IMG/VR virus record: IMGVR_UViG_2563366996_000005
Coordinates: 1 to 21,434 of that record
DNA: 21,434 bases
DNA from: a virus
Taxonomy: Duplodnaviria > Heunggongvirae > Uroviricota > Caudoviricetes
Reading direction: 5' to 3' (one strand)
Program-made: the position numbers and the translations under genes
In this document: piece by piece, positions 7,365-16,436 of the stretch
Layout of the letters: every line of letters starts with the position of its first letter
Position numbering within the stretch: the stretch's first letter is position 1
The notes under the pieces: generated by a model
The model's database searches: none
Told to the model about the DNA's origin: nothing
What the model saw: the letters and a program-made list of their open reading frames with translations, nothing else

Positions 7365-8761
7365 TTAAATTGCATCTGCAAACTCTGGGGTTTTTCGCTC
7401 AGGTATAATTGATGAGTTGCTGTTGTCACTTTTTTTATTTTCATGATTACGAATAGCCAATGACTCATTAAAGTCTTTTGCGACTGCTGTCTCAATAAAT
7501 TCAATTTCTGAATCAGAGTGTTTTTTAACAGCTTCTTTGATCTCATCCAGAGTAACATAGAAAAACTCTTTTCTACGATTTACAAGATTGACTCTCTTTT
7601 TATCGAAGACATCATGTAGTTTTTTTTCTAATGATGGAGCGTCCTCCGAATAAATCATGGCATGTACATCAAAAATAAAAGGAACAGATGCATCACCGAG
7701 CTCATTTACACGGTCTTGCGGATCAAGACGTCGTGTCATGCCTATTTTATAAACATTCTCCCCAAAAGAACCTATGTTCGAAATAATATAAACATGACCT
7801 TGTTTGGTTTGTTGTGCCATGGATAATGCTCTTTGATGCTTTGATTCAGCCTGCGACAAACTCTGTTCTAGTTCGGCAATGCGATTTTCGAGGCGCTGCT
7901 TCATGTCACCAGTAACTTTTTCCATTTCCTTTCTTGCAGCTTCAATTGCTTTTTTATAACGGCGCTCTTCTGCCTCTGCGTCTTGCATGGCCTTTTCTAT
8001 TTCTCGTTGTGCACGCTCCTCCTCTCTCATTTGTGCCCTTATTTCTGCCTGTTCTTCTTTTTCTTTCTGTTTTTGCTCACGATATTCATGGGTAAGCCAC
8101 AATTCCTCAAGTTTTTTATTGAGGTATTTAGTGTTTATATATATGTGATTTTGCTCGTTTAGTTTATTTATGGCCTCAAATGCCTTTGTGATGCGTTCTT
8201 CCATTTTAGTGATGTTTTTCCACGTGCAATTGCTAATTGCAGCATCACATTCATTATTAAATGCTCTAGTAGTTAGCCTGATATTTCTGTCTGTCATTTT
8301 TTTACCCTCTGCTCGAGAGCCTTCAACAGTCCATTGGGTTGTACAATATACTGCGCCAGAGTGGGTTTTATCCCGCAGCATTAATTTCTGTTCATCCCTG
8401 ATGGATTTTATTTTGTTTTTAAATTGCTCTGAATCTTCAAAATTAAAATGAGGTTCGTAAAATCCTAGTTCGGCTAGCTCAACATCTTCTGAATAAATAG
8501 AAATTTGCCTTACTAGTTTATCATATATTTCTTTCTTCTCTTTATAAGTTCTTCTTAGCTCTTGGATTTGTTTATTGATACCATCCATTTTTTCAATGGT
8601 GTTTGTTAGTTCATTATTGGCATTTTCTTTTACTTTTAGGGATTCTTCTTTTATTATGGAGCATTCTTGCTCTGTTTTCTCAATAAGCTTCTTACATTCT
8701 TCTTCTACATTAAAATAATCTGCAAAGCGAGATTTGTATTCTTCATTTTTTTGATTGCTAT
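7365..8761 (-). pseudogene. 3' portion of an IS1-split gene: coiled-coil region plus C-terminal T5orf172/GIY-YIG-like domain (longest ATG-initiated remnant ORF 7365..8588, 407 aa)
   Basis: Track ORF 7365..8588. Its frame stays open upstream for another 57 sense codons with no start codon until it enters IS1 at 8762. The C-terminal motif GHVYIISNIGSFGENVYKIGMTRRLDPQDRVNELG...PFIFDVHAMIY...LEKKLHDVF...RKEFFYV is T5orf172/GIY-YIG-like by recall. The central region is a long charged coiled coil. Confidence 0.75.
8753..8761. repeat. IS1 target-site duplication, left copy (GATTGCTAT)
   Basis: This 9-bp sequence directly abuts the IS1 end at 8762 and is identical to 9530-9538. Confidence 0.9.
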
Positions 8762-8776
8762 GGTAATGACTCCAAC

Positions 8777-9280
8777 TTATTGATAGTGTTTTATGTTCAG
8801 ATAATGCCCGATGACTTTGTCATGCAGCTCCACCGATTTTGAGAACGACAGCGACTTCCGTCCCAGCCGTGCCAGGTGCTGCCTCAGATTCAGGTTATGC
8901 CGCTCAATTCGCTGCGTATATCGCTTGCTGATTACGTGCAGCTTTCCCTTCAGGCGGGATTCATACAGCGGCCAGCCATCCGTCATCCATATCACCACGT
9001 CAAAGGGTGACAGCAGGCTCATAAGACGCCCCAGCGTCGCCATAGTGCGTTCACCGAATACGTGCGCAACAACCGTCTTCCGGAGCCTGTCATACGCGTA
9101 AAACAGCCAGCGCTGGCGCGATTTAGCCCCGACGTATCCCCACTGTTCGTCCATTTCCGCGCAGACGATGACGTCACTGCCCGGCTGTATGCGCGAGGTT
9201 ACCGACTGCGGCCTGAGTTTTTTAAATGGCGGAAAATCGTGTTGAGGCCAACGCCCATAATGCGGGCGGTTGCCCGGCAT
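8777..9280 (-). CDS. insB: IS1 InsB (transposase catalytic part, made as InsAB' by a -1 frameshift)
   Basis: Track ORF; translation matches recalled IS1 InsB. Confidence 0.9.
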   Translation of the reverse strand: MPGNRPHYGRWPQHDFPPFKKLRPQSVTSRIQPGSDVIVCAEMDEQWGYVGAKSRQRWLFYAYDRLRKTVVAHVFGERTMATLGRLMSLLSPFDVVIWMTDGWPLYESRLKGKLHVISKRYTQRIERHNLNLRQHLARLGRKSLSFSKSVELHDKVIGHYLNIKHYQ

Positions 9281-9474
9281 CCAACGCCATTCATGGCCAT
9301 ATCAATGATTTTCTGGTGCGTACCGGGTTGAGAAGCGGTGTAAGTGAACTGCAGTTGCCATGTTTTACGGCAGTGAGAGCAGAGATAGCGCTGATGTCCG
9401 GCGGTGCTTTTGCCGTTACGCACCACCCCGTCAGTAGCTGAACAGGAGGGACAGCTGATAGAAACAGAAGCCAC
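9199..9474 (-). CDS. insA: IS1 InsA (transposition repressor / N-terminal part of the transposase)
   Basis: Track ORF; translation [40 protein letters not shown]... matches recalled IS1 InsA. Confidence 0.9.
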   Translation of the reverse strand: MASVSISCPSCSATDGVVRNGKSTAGHQRYLCSHCRKTWQLQFTYTASQPGTHQKIIDMAMNGVGCRATARIMGVGLNTIFRHLKNSGRSR

Positions 9475-9529
9475 TGGAGCACCTCAAAAACACCATCATA
9501 CACTAAATCAGTAAGTTGGCAGCATCACC

Positions 9530-9538
9530 GATTGCTAT
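9530..9538. repeat. IS1 target-site duplication, right copy (GATTGCTAT)
   Basis: Identical 9-mer to 8753-8761, directly abutting the other IS1 end. Confidence 0.9.
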
Positions 9539-9644
9539 CACTTAATTCTAATTGTATTTTTTTGATGCGTTTGATTGCAGCTATATAAAGAACAAGAACA
9601 ACCAATAAAAATATGATTGCAAGTAATAGAGGAGTTTGAGTCAT
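9530..9644 (-). pseudogene. 5' portion of the IS1-split gene: start codon plus N-terminal transmembrane anchor
   Basis: Manual minus-strand translation from ATG at 9642-9644 (AAGGAA RBS 8 nt upstream, in-frame stop 5 codons upstream) gives MTQTPLLLAIIFLLVVLVLYIAAIKRIKKIQLELS... Joined across IS1 with one TSD copy removed, it runs in frame into the 3' portion. Confidence 0.7.
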
Positions 9645-9952
9645 TCGTGCTATTCCTTACGGACAATTTAAGACGTTTTGTATTAAATCCTGTTCAATGT
9701 GTATGCGGGTGATTGCTACCGCTTACAATCTTCATAATTATCAGTTAGATAGACTCGCTAGTAAATAATTTCATTTTTTGCAATATTCTTATTGAATATT
9801 TCAATTTATGAAATGAACTCTTTATCCTTTCAAGGTGAAAGGTTTCTTCTTCGGAAATATTTGCTCTCGTGTGACGTATAAAGACCTTTGATTTTCAAAA
9901 ATCAGTAGGGAATAATATAGTTACTGTCGGCCTGAACACCCGGTGGTGGGGT

Positions 9953-10050
9953 TGCGCTAAACGGGGACGTTTATGCGCACACACAATCCAAACTCTCATC
10001 TCCATTCACAGATGCAGAAATGCACCTACGATTTTTTACATTCGGTGTTT
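9953..10050 (+). repeat. Direct repeat R1 (~98 bp, ~90% identical to R2)
   Basis: tgcgctaaacggggacgtttatgcgcacacacaatccaaactctcatctccattcacagatgcagaaatgcacctacgattttttacattcggtgttt aligns base-for-base with 11887-11984, with about 10 mismatches. Confidence 0.85.
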
Positions 10051-10279
10051 TACTTCGACAGCCAGAATTGGGAGTCTCTATTCGTCTGGCGGCTAAAGGT
10101 GATATGGAAATCGTTATGTTTTGGCCTGAGGTAGTTGTAACTGTTGTAGCAGCTATGGATGTGATCATCATGGTGTCCATTTACTGGGGTTGACGACATG
10201 ATTTATCCGGCGCTATATTCTGTGCGTTGCCGCAAAATCGGCACACGGGATTGGCGTCCCGGGATACTACTCAACGCAT

Positions 10280-10300
10280 ACCGCGTTAAGCGGTTTTTTT
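10280..10300 (+). terminator. Candidate intrinsic terminator (short stem)
   Basis: ACCGC-GTTAA-GCGGT followed by seven T. Confidence 0.4.
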
Positions 10301-10456
10301 GTGCGCTAAGCACGGCTATGCCCAAATTATGGTGGGCTGTGTGAGGGCTTCTTCGGAAGCGCCGGGTTTGAGTAGCCGGTTACGCCAACCTTACACAGTT
10401 CACCACCAGTCGATTGGCGTCGTTGGTGGTGATGGTTAACCTGATGAGGTGATACT

Positions 10457-11065
10457 ATGACTACTCAATTAGCATTCCACAAAACGACGTTTACCCCGAT
10501 TTGCCACAATAACAGAATTTGGCTTACTGCCACTGAAGTTGGTTTAGCACTGGAATATGCGGACGATAAAGCAGTTCAGCGCATTTACTCTCGGCACTCA
10601 GATGAATTCACAGATATGATGACAAGGGTGGTCAAAGTGACCACCCCTCGTGGAATGCAGGAGTCTCGAGTATTTAGCCTTCGCGGAGCCCATTTGATCG
10701 CCATGTTTGCTCGTACTCCTGTGGCCAAAGAATTCCGCCGCTGGGTTCTGGATATTCTCGATCGAGAAGTTCAACAATCCCCAATCACAAAACAATTCAC
10801 TGATAACGAACTTTGCACACTCGCCTGGTTATGGCGAGCAAGTGATACGATGTTAACCGCCTGCCAGAACGTTACGCCCCTTCTTCAGGTCGCAGAGCAT
10901 CGCGAAGCAGGTAGATTCACTTCAATCGAACAAGAATATCCTCGGATACTCAACAGGGCGCGAGAAATCCTTGCCAGAGAAACGGCGCATGTAAAATTCC
11001 AACCGTGGCAGGATGATAAGTGGAGTCGTGTGTTACCATATTTCCGTCAGAATCTGTTGCAATAA
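10457..11065 (+). CDS. Bro-N domain protein (antirepressor-like / Rha-like regulator), 202 aa
   Basis: Track ORF. The N-terminal ~100 aa has the Bro-N pattern (…FHKTTFTPICHNNRIWLTATEVGLALEY…RVFSLRGAHLIAMFARTPVAKEFRRWVLDIL) by recall. A terminator follows. Confidence 0.7.
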   Translation: MTTQLAFHKTTFTPICHNNRIWLTATEVGLALEYADDKAVQRIYSRHSDEFTDMMTRVVKVTTPRGMQESRVFSLRGAHLIAMFARTPVAKEFRRWVLDILDREVQQSPITKQFTDNELCTLAWLWRASDTMLTACQNVTPLLQVAEHREAGRFTSIEQEYPRILNRAREILARETAHVKFQPWQDDKWSRVLPYFRQNLLQ

Positions 11066-11085
11066 AGTCACTAGTTAGAAATACT

Positions 11086-11125
11086 GCCAGCATTCTGCGA
11101 TGACGGAAGTGCTGGCATTTTTTTT
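11086..11125 (+). terminator. Intrinsic terminator after the Bro-N gene
   Basis: GCCAGCA-(17 nt loop)-TGCTGGC followed by ATTTTTTTT. Confidence 0.5.
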
Positions 11126-11300
11126 GGTAATGTGCGAGTCCATTTCATAAAATACGGGTACTGGAACTGGACGATATAATCTAAAAGATACCATTATCAG
11201 TAGCATTAAAATCGCTATGTGCCGATACGGATATAAATTATATTGATTGTTCACATACCTTATTGGATATTACTGAGGGGTGTTTATATAAGGTGTAACG

Positions 11301-11810
11301 ATGATGTGGAACTTTGACAGTGCCGACTTAAGTGCAATAGCAGCAGGCATTTCTGCGTTTGGCACATTAGCCGCAGCGGGGTCGGCGCTTGCAAGTTGGT
11401 GCACGTCAAAAAAAGCGCTGCAGCTACAAAATAGAGTTTACCTTTATGAGTCTTTAAAGGCTTGCGCTGAGAGAGCCAATTCATCAGCTAAAGATAAGCG
11501 CGGATCTGAATGGAGCGTTAATGATGCAGCGGATATCATCAGGTGCCTAGTACGGGCGATGGAGCTCATCAAGCAGGATAGCCAGCAGAAAGAAGGTAAT
11601 CAGGCATTAATGTTGAAACAGTACTTTGTTAATCTGCTAATAATGGAACTGTACGAGGAAGTTCATAACGGTGATGCGGCTGATTCTGTTTTTAAAAGTA
11701 CGGAACCTACACAAGTACTTGATAACTTATGGAGCAAATGGCAGGAGGCTATAGCTTTTTTTGATATTTGGAATTACCCAGTTGCGACTGAGGAAGACTT
11801 GGCAGACTAA
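11301..11810 (+). CDS. Hypothetical 169-aa protein with an N-terminal hydrophobic segment
   Basis: Track ORF. It is preceded by ~170 bp of AT-rich sequence and a GAGGGG RBS-like element. The N-terminus LSAIAAGISAFGTLAAAGSALASW is hydrophobic. I recognise no family. Confidence 0.65.
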   Translation: MMWNFDSADLSAIAAGISAFGTLAAAGSALASWCTSKKALQLQNRVYLYESLKACAERANSSAKDKRGSEWSVNDAADIIRCLVRAMELIKQDSQQKEGNQALMLKQYFVNLLIMELYEEVHNGDAADSVFKSTEPTQVLDNLWSKWQEAIAFFDIWNYPVATEEDLAD

Positions 11811-11886
11811 TTTTCAGCACATTTGATTTCCAATAATCAACCAGCCATAATCATGCCATTGGAGCTTGAACAACTCCGGTGACTTC

Positions 11887-11984
11887 TGCGCTAAACGGGG
11901 ACGTTTATGCGCACATACAATCCAAACTCTCTTCTCCCTTCACAGATGCAGAGATGCACCTGCGATTTTTTGCATCCAGCGTTT
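11887..11984 (+). repeat. Direct repeat R2 (~98 bp), immediately upstream of ninB
   Basis: See R1. Each copy begins a short ORF (R1 9973..10134, R2 11907..12008) with a conserved N-terminus MRT(H/Y)NPNS(H/L)L(H/P)SQMQ(K/R)CT(Y/C)DFLH. Confidence 0.85.
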
Positions 11985-12004
11985 GACCTCTGCGGAGGTG
12001 AAGC

Positions 12005-12460
12005 GTGAACCTCCCACAAGACGGCATCAAATTGCATCGTGGTAACTTCACCGCTATCGGCCAGCAGATCCAGCCTTATCTGGAGGAAGGCAAATGCTTT
12101 CGCATGGTGCTTAAACCGTGGCGTGAGAAACGCAGTCTTTCCCAGAATGCACTCAGCCACATGTGGTACAGCGAAATCAGTGAATACCTCATCAGCAGGG
12201 GTAAAACGTTCGCCACTCCAGCTTGGGTAAAAGATGCTCTCAAACACACATATCTCGGTTATGAAACCAAAGACCTGGTTGATGTCGTAACCGGTGAGAT
12301 CACCACTATCCAGTCGTTACGCCATACCTCCGATCTTGATACCGGAGAGATGTATATCTTCCTGTGTAAGGTTGAAGCCTGGGCGGTGAATATTGGCTGC
12401 CACCTGACTATTCCGCAGAGCTGCGAGTTCCAGCTGCTGCGCGACAAGCAGGAGGCGTAA
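12005..12460 (+). CDS. ninB: NinB-like recombination protein (lambda Orf family), 151 aa, GTG start
   Basis: Track ORF. Family assigned by recall from similarity to lambda NinB (for example around [16 protein letters not shown]) and by its position at the start of the nin region. Confidence 0.65.
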   Translation: MNLPQDGIKLHRGNFTAIGQQIQPYLEEGKCFRMVLKPWREKRSLSQNALSHMWYSEISEYLISRGKTFATPAWVKDALKHTYLGYETKDLVDVVTGEITTIQSLRHTSDLDTGEMYIFLCKVEAWAVNIGCHLTIPQSCEFQLLRDKQEA

Positions 12461-12630
12461 TGGCTACACCGCTTATTCGTGTCATGAACGGACACATCTA
12501 CAGAGTACCAAATCGTCGTAAGCGTAAACCTGAGCTGAAGCCATCCGAAATACCAACACTGCTCGGATATACCGCCAGCTTGGTTGATAAAAAATGGTTG
12601 CGACTGGCAGCAAGGAGGAATCATGGCTGA
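12460..12630 (+). CDS. Small nin-region protein (NinD-like), 56 aa
   Basis: Manual translation from ATG 12460 (TAATG overlap with the ninB stop): [56 protein letters not shown]. Below the ORF-track size cutoff. NinD assignment is by recall. Confidence 0.55.
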   Translation: MATPLIRVMNGHIYRVPNRRKRKPELKPSEIPTLLGYTASLVDKKWLRLAARRNHG

Positions 12631-12913
12631 TTTGAGAAAAGCAGCGCGTGGTCGGGAATGCCAGGTAAGAATCCCTGGCGTATGTAATGGCAATTCTGAG
12701 ACGTCTGTACTGGCACATATCCGGCTGGCTGGATTGTGCGGTACCGGTATCAAACCGCCAGACCTGATTGCCACCATTGCATGTTCTGCCTGCCACGACG
12801 AAATCGACCGCCGCACGCATTTTGTTGACGCTGGATATGCAAAAGAATGCGCGCTGGAAGGTATGGCGAGAACGCAGGTTATCTGGCTGAAAGAGAGGGT
12901 AATTAAGGCGTGA
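12623..12913 (+). CDS. ybcO: YbcO-like DUF1364 protein (Cys-rich, putative nuclease), 96 aa from the internal Met
   Basis: Track ORF 12584..12913. [23 protein letters not shown]... matches recalled E. coli DLP12 YbcO. The ATG at 12623 has an AGGAGGAA RBS. Confidence 0.7.
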   Translation: MADLRKAARGRECQVRIPGVCNGNSETSVLAHIRLAGLCGTGIKPPDLIATIACSACHDEIDRRTHFVDAGYAKECALEGMARTQVIWLKERVIKA

Positions 12914-13272
12914 ATACTTACCACATCACACTACCCTGGCCTCCGAGCAATAATCGCTATTACCGCCATAATCGCGGGCGCACGCACGTCAGCGCAGAGG
13001 GGCAGGCATACCGCGATAACGTCGCCCGAATCATTAAAAACGCAATGCTGGATATCGGCCTGGCGATGCCTGTGAAAATCCGCATTGAGTGCCACATGCC
13101 GGATCGCCGTCGCCGTGACCTGGATAATCTGCAAAAAGCCGCTTTTGACGCACTCACCAAAGCAGGTTTCTGGCTGGATGATGCTCAGGTCGTTGATTAC
13201 CGCGTTGTGAAGATGCCTGTTACCAAAGGTGGGAGGCTGGAACTGACCATCACCGAAATGGGGAATGAATGA
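12910..13272 (+). CDS. rusA: RusA Holliday-junction resolvase, 120 aa
   Basis: Track ORF; translation matches recalled RusA ([22 protein letters not shown]...). Confidence 0.9.
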   Translation: MNTYHITLPWPPSNNRYYRHNRGRTHVSAEGQAYRDNVARIIKNAMLDIGLAMPVKIRIECHMPDRRRRDLDNLQKAAFDALTKAGFWLDDAQVVDYRVVKMPVTKGGRLELTITEMGNE

Positions 13273-13409
13273 TGTTTGAGTTTAATATGGCAGAACTTCT
13301 TCGCCACCGCTGGGGGCGTCTGCGCTTATATCGTTTCCCCGGCTCTGTTTTGACCGATTACCGAATACTGAAGAATTACGCCAAAACACTGACAGGAGCA
13401 GGAGTATGA
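13269..13409 (+). CDS. Small protein (YlcG-like), 46 aa
   Basis: Manual translation [50 protein letters not shown]-coupled to the rusA stop. Below the track cutoff. Confidence 0.5.
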   Translation: MMFEFNMAELLRHRWGRLRLYRFPGSVLTDYRILKNYAKTLTGAGV

Positions 13410-13494
13410 AGTCAGAGATAACAATCAACTAATACTGTTTTGCTGATTTTTGCTTGTAATTGGCGTTCTGGTCTGAGTTTTGTGGAGTAAGTTG

Positions 13495-13878
13495 ATGCGT
13501 GATATTCAGATGGTTCTTGAGCGTTGGGGAGCGTGGGCGGCTAATAATCATGAAGATGTGACCTGGTCGTCCATTGCCGCCGGTTTTAAGGGATTAATTC
13601 CTTCAAAAGTAAAATCTCGCCCGCAATGTTGTGACGATGACGCGATGATCATTTGCGGGTGCATGGCCCGTCTGAAAAAGAACAACAGCGATTTGCACGA
13701 TTTATTAGTAGATTATTATGTAGTCGGTATGACATTCATGTCACTGGCAGGTAAGCATTGCTGCTCTGATGGTTATATCGGGAAAAGGTTACAAAAGGCT
13801 GAGGGCATAATTGAAGGGATGTTAATGGCATTAGATATCCGGTTAGAGATGGATATCGTTGTTAATAACTCTAATTAA
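13495..13878 (+). CDS. Q: Q-like late antiterminator (short form, QuuD-like), 127 aa
   Basis: Track ORF 13480..13878. The internal ATG at 13495 has a GGAG RBS. Cys-rich ([20 protein letters not shown]). It sits in the Q position upstream of the lysis genes. DLP12 QuuD similarity is recalled. Confidence 0.75.
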   Translation: MRDIQMVLERWGAWAANNHEDVTWSSIAAGFKGLIPSKVKSRPQCCDDDAMIICGCMARLKKNNSDLHDLLVDYYVVGMTFMSLAGKHCCSDGYIGKRLQKAEGIIEGMLMALDIRLEMDIVVNNSN

Positions 13879-13899
13879 TATGCCAATTGTTTACTAAAA

Positions 13900-13929
13900 A
13901 TTATTAAAAATGGGGCGTTGAGACGCCCC
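13900..13929 (-). terminator. Intrinsic terminator downstream of the porin gene (minus strand)
   Basis: Minus-strand hairpin GGGGCG-TCTCAA-CGCCCC followed by ATTTTTAATAATTTTT. Confidence 0.5.
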
Positions 13930-14018
13930 CAAAAATAAAGGGTAATATATAACAGAAGGTTTATATAGTTAGAAGCAAGGTTGTGCTTCTAAAGGAAGTG
14001 GCTTGAGGGAGCCACTTA

Positions 14019-14057
14019 TATGTTGGGGAGGCAACGCCTCCCGCAACATATCTTTTT
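14019..14057 (+). terminator. Plus-strand intrinsic terminator ~140 nt downstream of Q (candidate tR'-like terminator of a short late-promoter RNA)
   Basis: Hairpin GGGAGGC-AAC-GCCTCCC with flanking tatgttg/caacata extension, followed by TCTTTTT. A possible promoter TTGAGA-N19-TAATAT lies at ~13918-13948. Confidence 0.45.
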
Positions 14058-14067
14058 CGTAATCAGA

Positions 14068-15150
14068 TTAGAACTGGTAAACCAGACCTACAGCAACGAT
14101 GTCATCAGTATCAATACCAGCTGTTTTGGTAAACTTACTATCGTCAATTAAGTTGATTTTGTAATCAACAAAAGTGGACATGTTTTTATTAAAGTAGTAA
14201 GTAGCACCGACATCGACATACTTGACTAAGTCTCGGTCACCATGAACACCAAGGTCTTTACCTTTTGACTGAAGGTAAGCAACAGATGGGCGCAGACCGA
14301 AGTCAAACTGATATTGTGCTACTGCTTCAAAGTTTTGTGCTTTGTTTGCAATATGGTTATTACCAAAAACGGTCATATTCTGAGTTTCAGAATATGTGGT
14401 AGCCAGATAGATATTGTTCGCATCATATTTCAGGCCTGCAGCCCATACTTCCGCATTTTTGCCGGAGGCATTGAATTTGCTCTTACCATAGGCGACCTGA
14501 CCGTCAGTGCGATCTGATTTAGCATAGGTTGCACCCACGCCGAATCCTTCATACTCATAAGTAGTGGAGAAACCGAAACCATCACCATTGGCTTCAGTTA
14601 CGTCAGTGCGGTCATTTTTACCCTGATACTGAGCAGCAAAGTTCAGGCCATCGACCAGACCAAAGAAGTCGTTGTTACGATAAGTTGCAACACCAGTAGT
14701 GCGACCAGTCATGAACACATCTGTTTGGGTCCAGGTATCACCACCGAATTCTGGCAGGACGTCAGTCCACGCACCGATGTCGTATGCTACACCGTAGTTA
14801 CGGCCGTAATCGATTGAGCCGTAATCACCAAATTTCAGGCCTGCAAATGCAAGACGGGTTTTGTCTTTGGAAGAACCTTGAGATTCAGCGCGGTTGCCTT
14901 TGAATTCATATTCCCACTGACCGAAACCAGTCAGTTGATCGTTGATTTGGGTTTCACCTTTGAAGCCAAGACGGGCATAAGTAGTATCACCATCATCTGC
15001 ATCATTAGAGGAGAAGTAGTGCTTAGCATTAACTTTCCCGTACAGATCCAGCTTGTTACTGTCTTTATTATAAATTTCAGCTGCCTGAGCAGACATCGCC
15101 ATCAGTACTGATGCAGCTACAGCAGAAATTGCCACTGTTAATTTTTTCAT
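14068..15150 (-). CDS. Outer-membrane general porin (OmpC/OmpF/NmpC/Lc family), 360 aa with signal peptide
   Basis: Track ORF. Signal peptide [23 protein letters not shown] and a C-terminal ...VGLVYQF end typical of 16-strand porins. Gly/Tyr-rich beta-barrel pattern. Opposite strand to the Q and lysis genes. Confidence 0.9.
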   Translation of the reverse strand: MKKLTVAISAVAASVLMAMSAQAAEIYNKDSNKLDLYGKVNAKHYFSSNDADDGDTTYARLGFKGETQINDQLTGFGQWEYEFKGNRAESQGSSKDKTRLAFAGLKFGDYGSIDYGRNYGVAYDIGAWTDVLPEFGGDTWTQTDVFMTGRTTGVATYRNNDFFGLVDGLNFAAQYQGKNDRTDVTEANGDGFGFSTTYEYEGFGVGATYAKSDRTDGQVAYGKSKFNASGKNAEVWAAGLKYDANNIYLATTYSETQNMTVFGNNHIANKAQNFEAVAQYQFDFGLRPSVAYLQSKGKDLGVHGDRDLVKYVDVGATYYFNKNMSTFVDYKINLIDDSKFTKTAGIDTDDIVAVGLVYQF

Positions 15151-15578
15151 CGTGAGCCCTTTTTTTTGAACTATTATTAAAAAATGATGTCACTGCGCGA
15201 TAAATATTCATCTAATCAATGTGATTATTTCAAGATGTAAGTTTTGGTTTCTCGTTTAATTTGTGAAGTAGATCTCTATTTTTATCTGAACTTTTTTCTA
15301 TCGAATCCTATTCATGGCTCTTGGCTGAATAAAAATAAATCTATTAGCCAATTTATATTAATGGCTGTTATTTATAAGTGCTCTATAATTTGAAGGTTCA
15401 ATTTAAATTGGCTAAAAATAACGCTGGAAATTATTTGTTGGTTATTTGTTGAGATTTGCTTATGTATTTGTAGTGGTGTTTTCAATACTCGGTAGCATTC
15501 TCGCAAATATCATTTAGTGGTTTACGTACGTAAAAAATTGGTTATGCTGTTAAGAGTGGTTACTTCGTCACACAGCTT

Positions 15579-15611
15579 AAACCCGCCGTCGAGCGGGTTT
15601 TTCCATTTTTT
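15579..15611 (+). terminator. Intrinsic terminator ~110 nt upstream of the holin gene (alternative tR' candidate)
   Basis: AAACCCGC-CGTCGA-GCGGGTTT followed by TTCCATTTTTT. Confidence 0.5.
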
Positions 15612-15723
15612 GAGTCTCGATATTAGCTGATAACCCAATACCTGAGTTATTCACTGACTCCGAGTCTGTTACGTTTCGTAGTATTCCCTCAATTTACACC
15701 CGCTTTGTCTGCGAGGTGGGGTT

Positions 15724-15939
15724 ATGAAATCCATGGATAAGTTAACAACGGGTGTCGCCTATGGCACCTCAGCAGGTAGTGCCGGGTACTGGTTTTTACA
15801 GCTGCTCGATAAAGTCACGCCCTCACAGTGGGCAGCAATAGGTGTGCTGGGTAGCCTGGTATTTGGCCTGCTGACGTACCTGACAAACCTTTATTTCAAG
15901 ATTAAAGAAGATAAGCGCAAGGCTGCGAGAGGTGAATAA
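15724..15939 (+). CDS. S: Class II holin/pinholin, phage 21 S21 type, 71 aa with dual-start motif (M1-K-S-M4)
   Basis: Track ORF. MKSMDK...[13 protein letters not shown]...[35 protein letters not shown] closely matches recalled S21. Two transmembrane segments. Confidence 0.85.
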
Positions 15940-16436
15940 TGCCTCCATCATTACGAAAAGCTGTTGCTGCTGCTATTGGTGGCGGGGCTATTGCTATAGC
16001 ATCTGTGTTAATCACTGGCCCAAGTGGTAACGATGGTCTGGAAGGTGTGAGACATAATCCTTACAAAGACATAGTTGGTGTATGGACTGTATGTTACGGG
16101 CATACAGGAAAAGACATCATTCCCGGTAAAACGTATACCGAAGCAGAGTGCAAAGCCCTCCTGAATAAAGACCTTGCCACTGTCGCCAGACAAATTAACC
16201 GGTACATCAAAGTCGATATACCGGAAACAACGCGCGGCGCTCTTTACTCGTTCGTCTACAACGTGGGTGCTGGCAATTTCAGAACATCGACGCTTCTTCG
16301 CAAAATAAACCAGGGTGATATTAAAGGCGCATGTGATCAGCTACGGCGCTGGACATACGCTGGCGGTAATCAATGGAAAGGACTGATGACTCGCCGTGAG
16401 ATTGAGCGTGAAGTCTGTTTGTGGGGGAAACAATGA
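15939..16436 (+). CDS. R: SAR endolysin (T4-lysozyme-like, R21 type), 165 aa
   Basis: Track ORF. N-terminal signal-anchor-release segment [20 protein letters not shown], then a lysozyme-like catalytic region (E...D...T pattern: [24 protein letters not shown]). Confidence 0.85.
   Translation: MPPSLRKAVAAAIGGGAIAIASVLITGPSGNDGLEGVRHNPYKDIVGVWTVCYGHTGKDIIPGKTYTEAECKALLNKDLATVARQINRYIKVDIPETTRGALYSFVYNVGAGNFRTSTLLRKINQGDIKGACDQLRRWTYAGGNQWKGLMTRREIEREVCLWGKQ

Larger units (their letters stand above)
8762..9529 (-). mobile_element. IS1 insertion sequence, 768 bp, complete with terminal inverted repeats
   Basis: Ends ggtaatgactccaacttattgat (8762-) and atcagtaagttggcagcatcacc (-9529) are the IS1 inverted repeats. 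It contains insA and insB and the A6C frameshift motif (gtttttt on the plus strand, ~9222). Length is exactly 768 bp. Confidence 0.95.

Noticed and set aside
8811-9441. Plus-strand track ORFs inside IS1 (8811..9101, 9062..9331, 9226..9441)
   Set aside because: They are antisense to insA and insB within IS1 and are not known IS1 products.
9971-10180. Track ORF (69 aa, minus strand) overlapping repeat R1
   Set aside because: Thr-rich low-complexity translation antisense to the conserved repeat. Spurious.
12259-12924. Track ORF of 221 aa on the minus strand, antisense to ninB, the ninD-like ORF and ybcO
   Set aside because: It overlaps three co-oriented, recognisable plus-strand genes and has Cys/Ser/Arg-rich composition typical of an antisense frame in GC-rich DNA.
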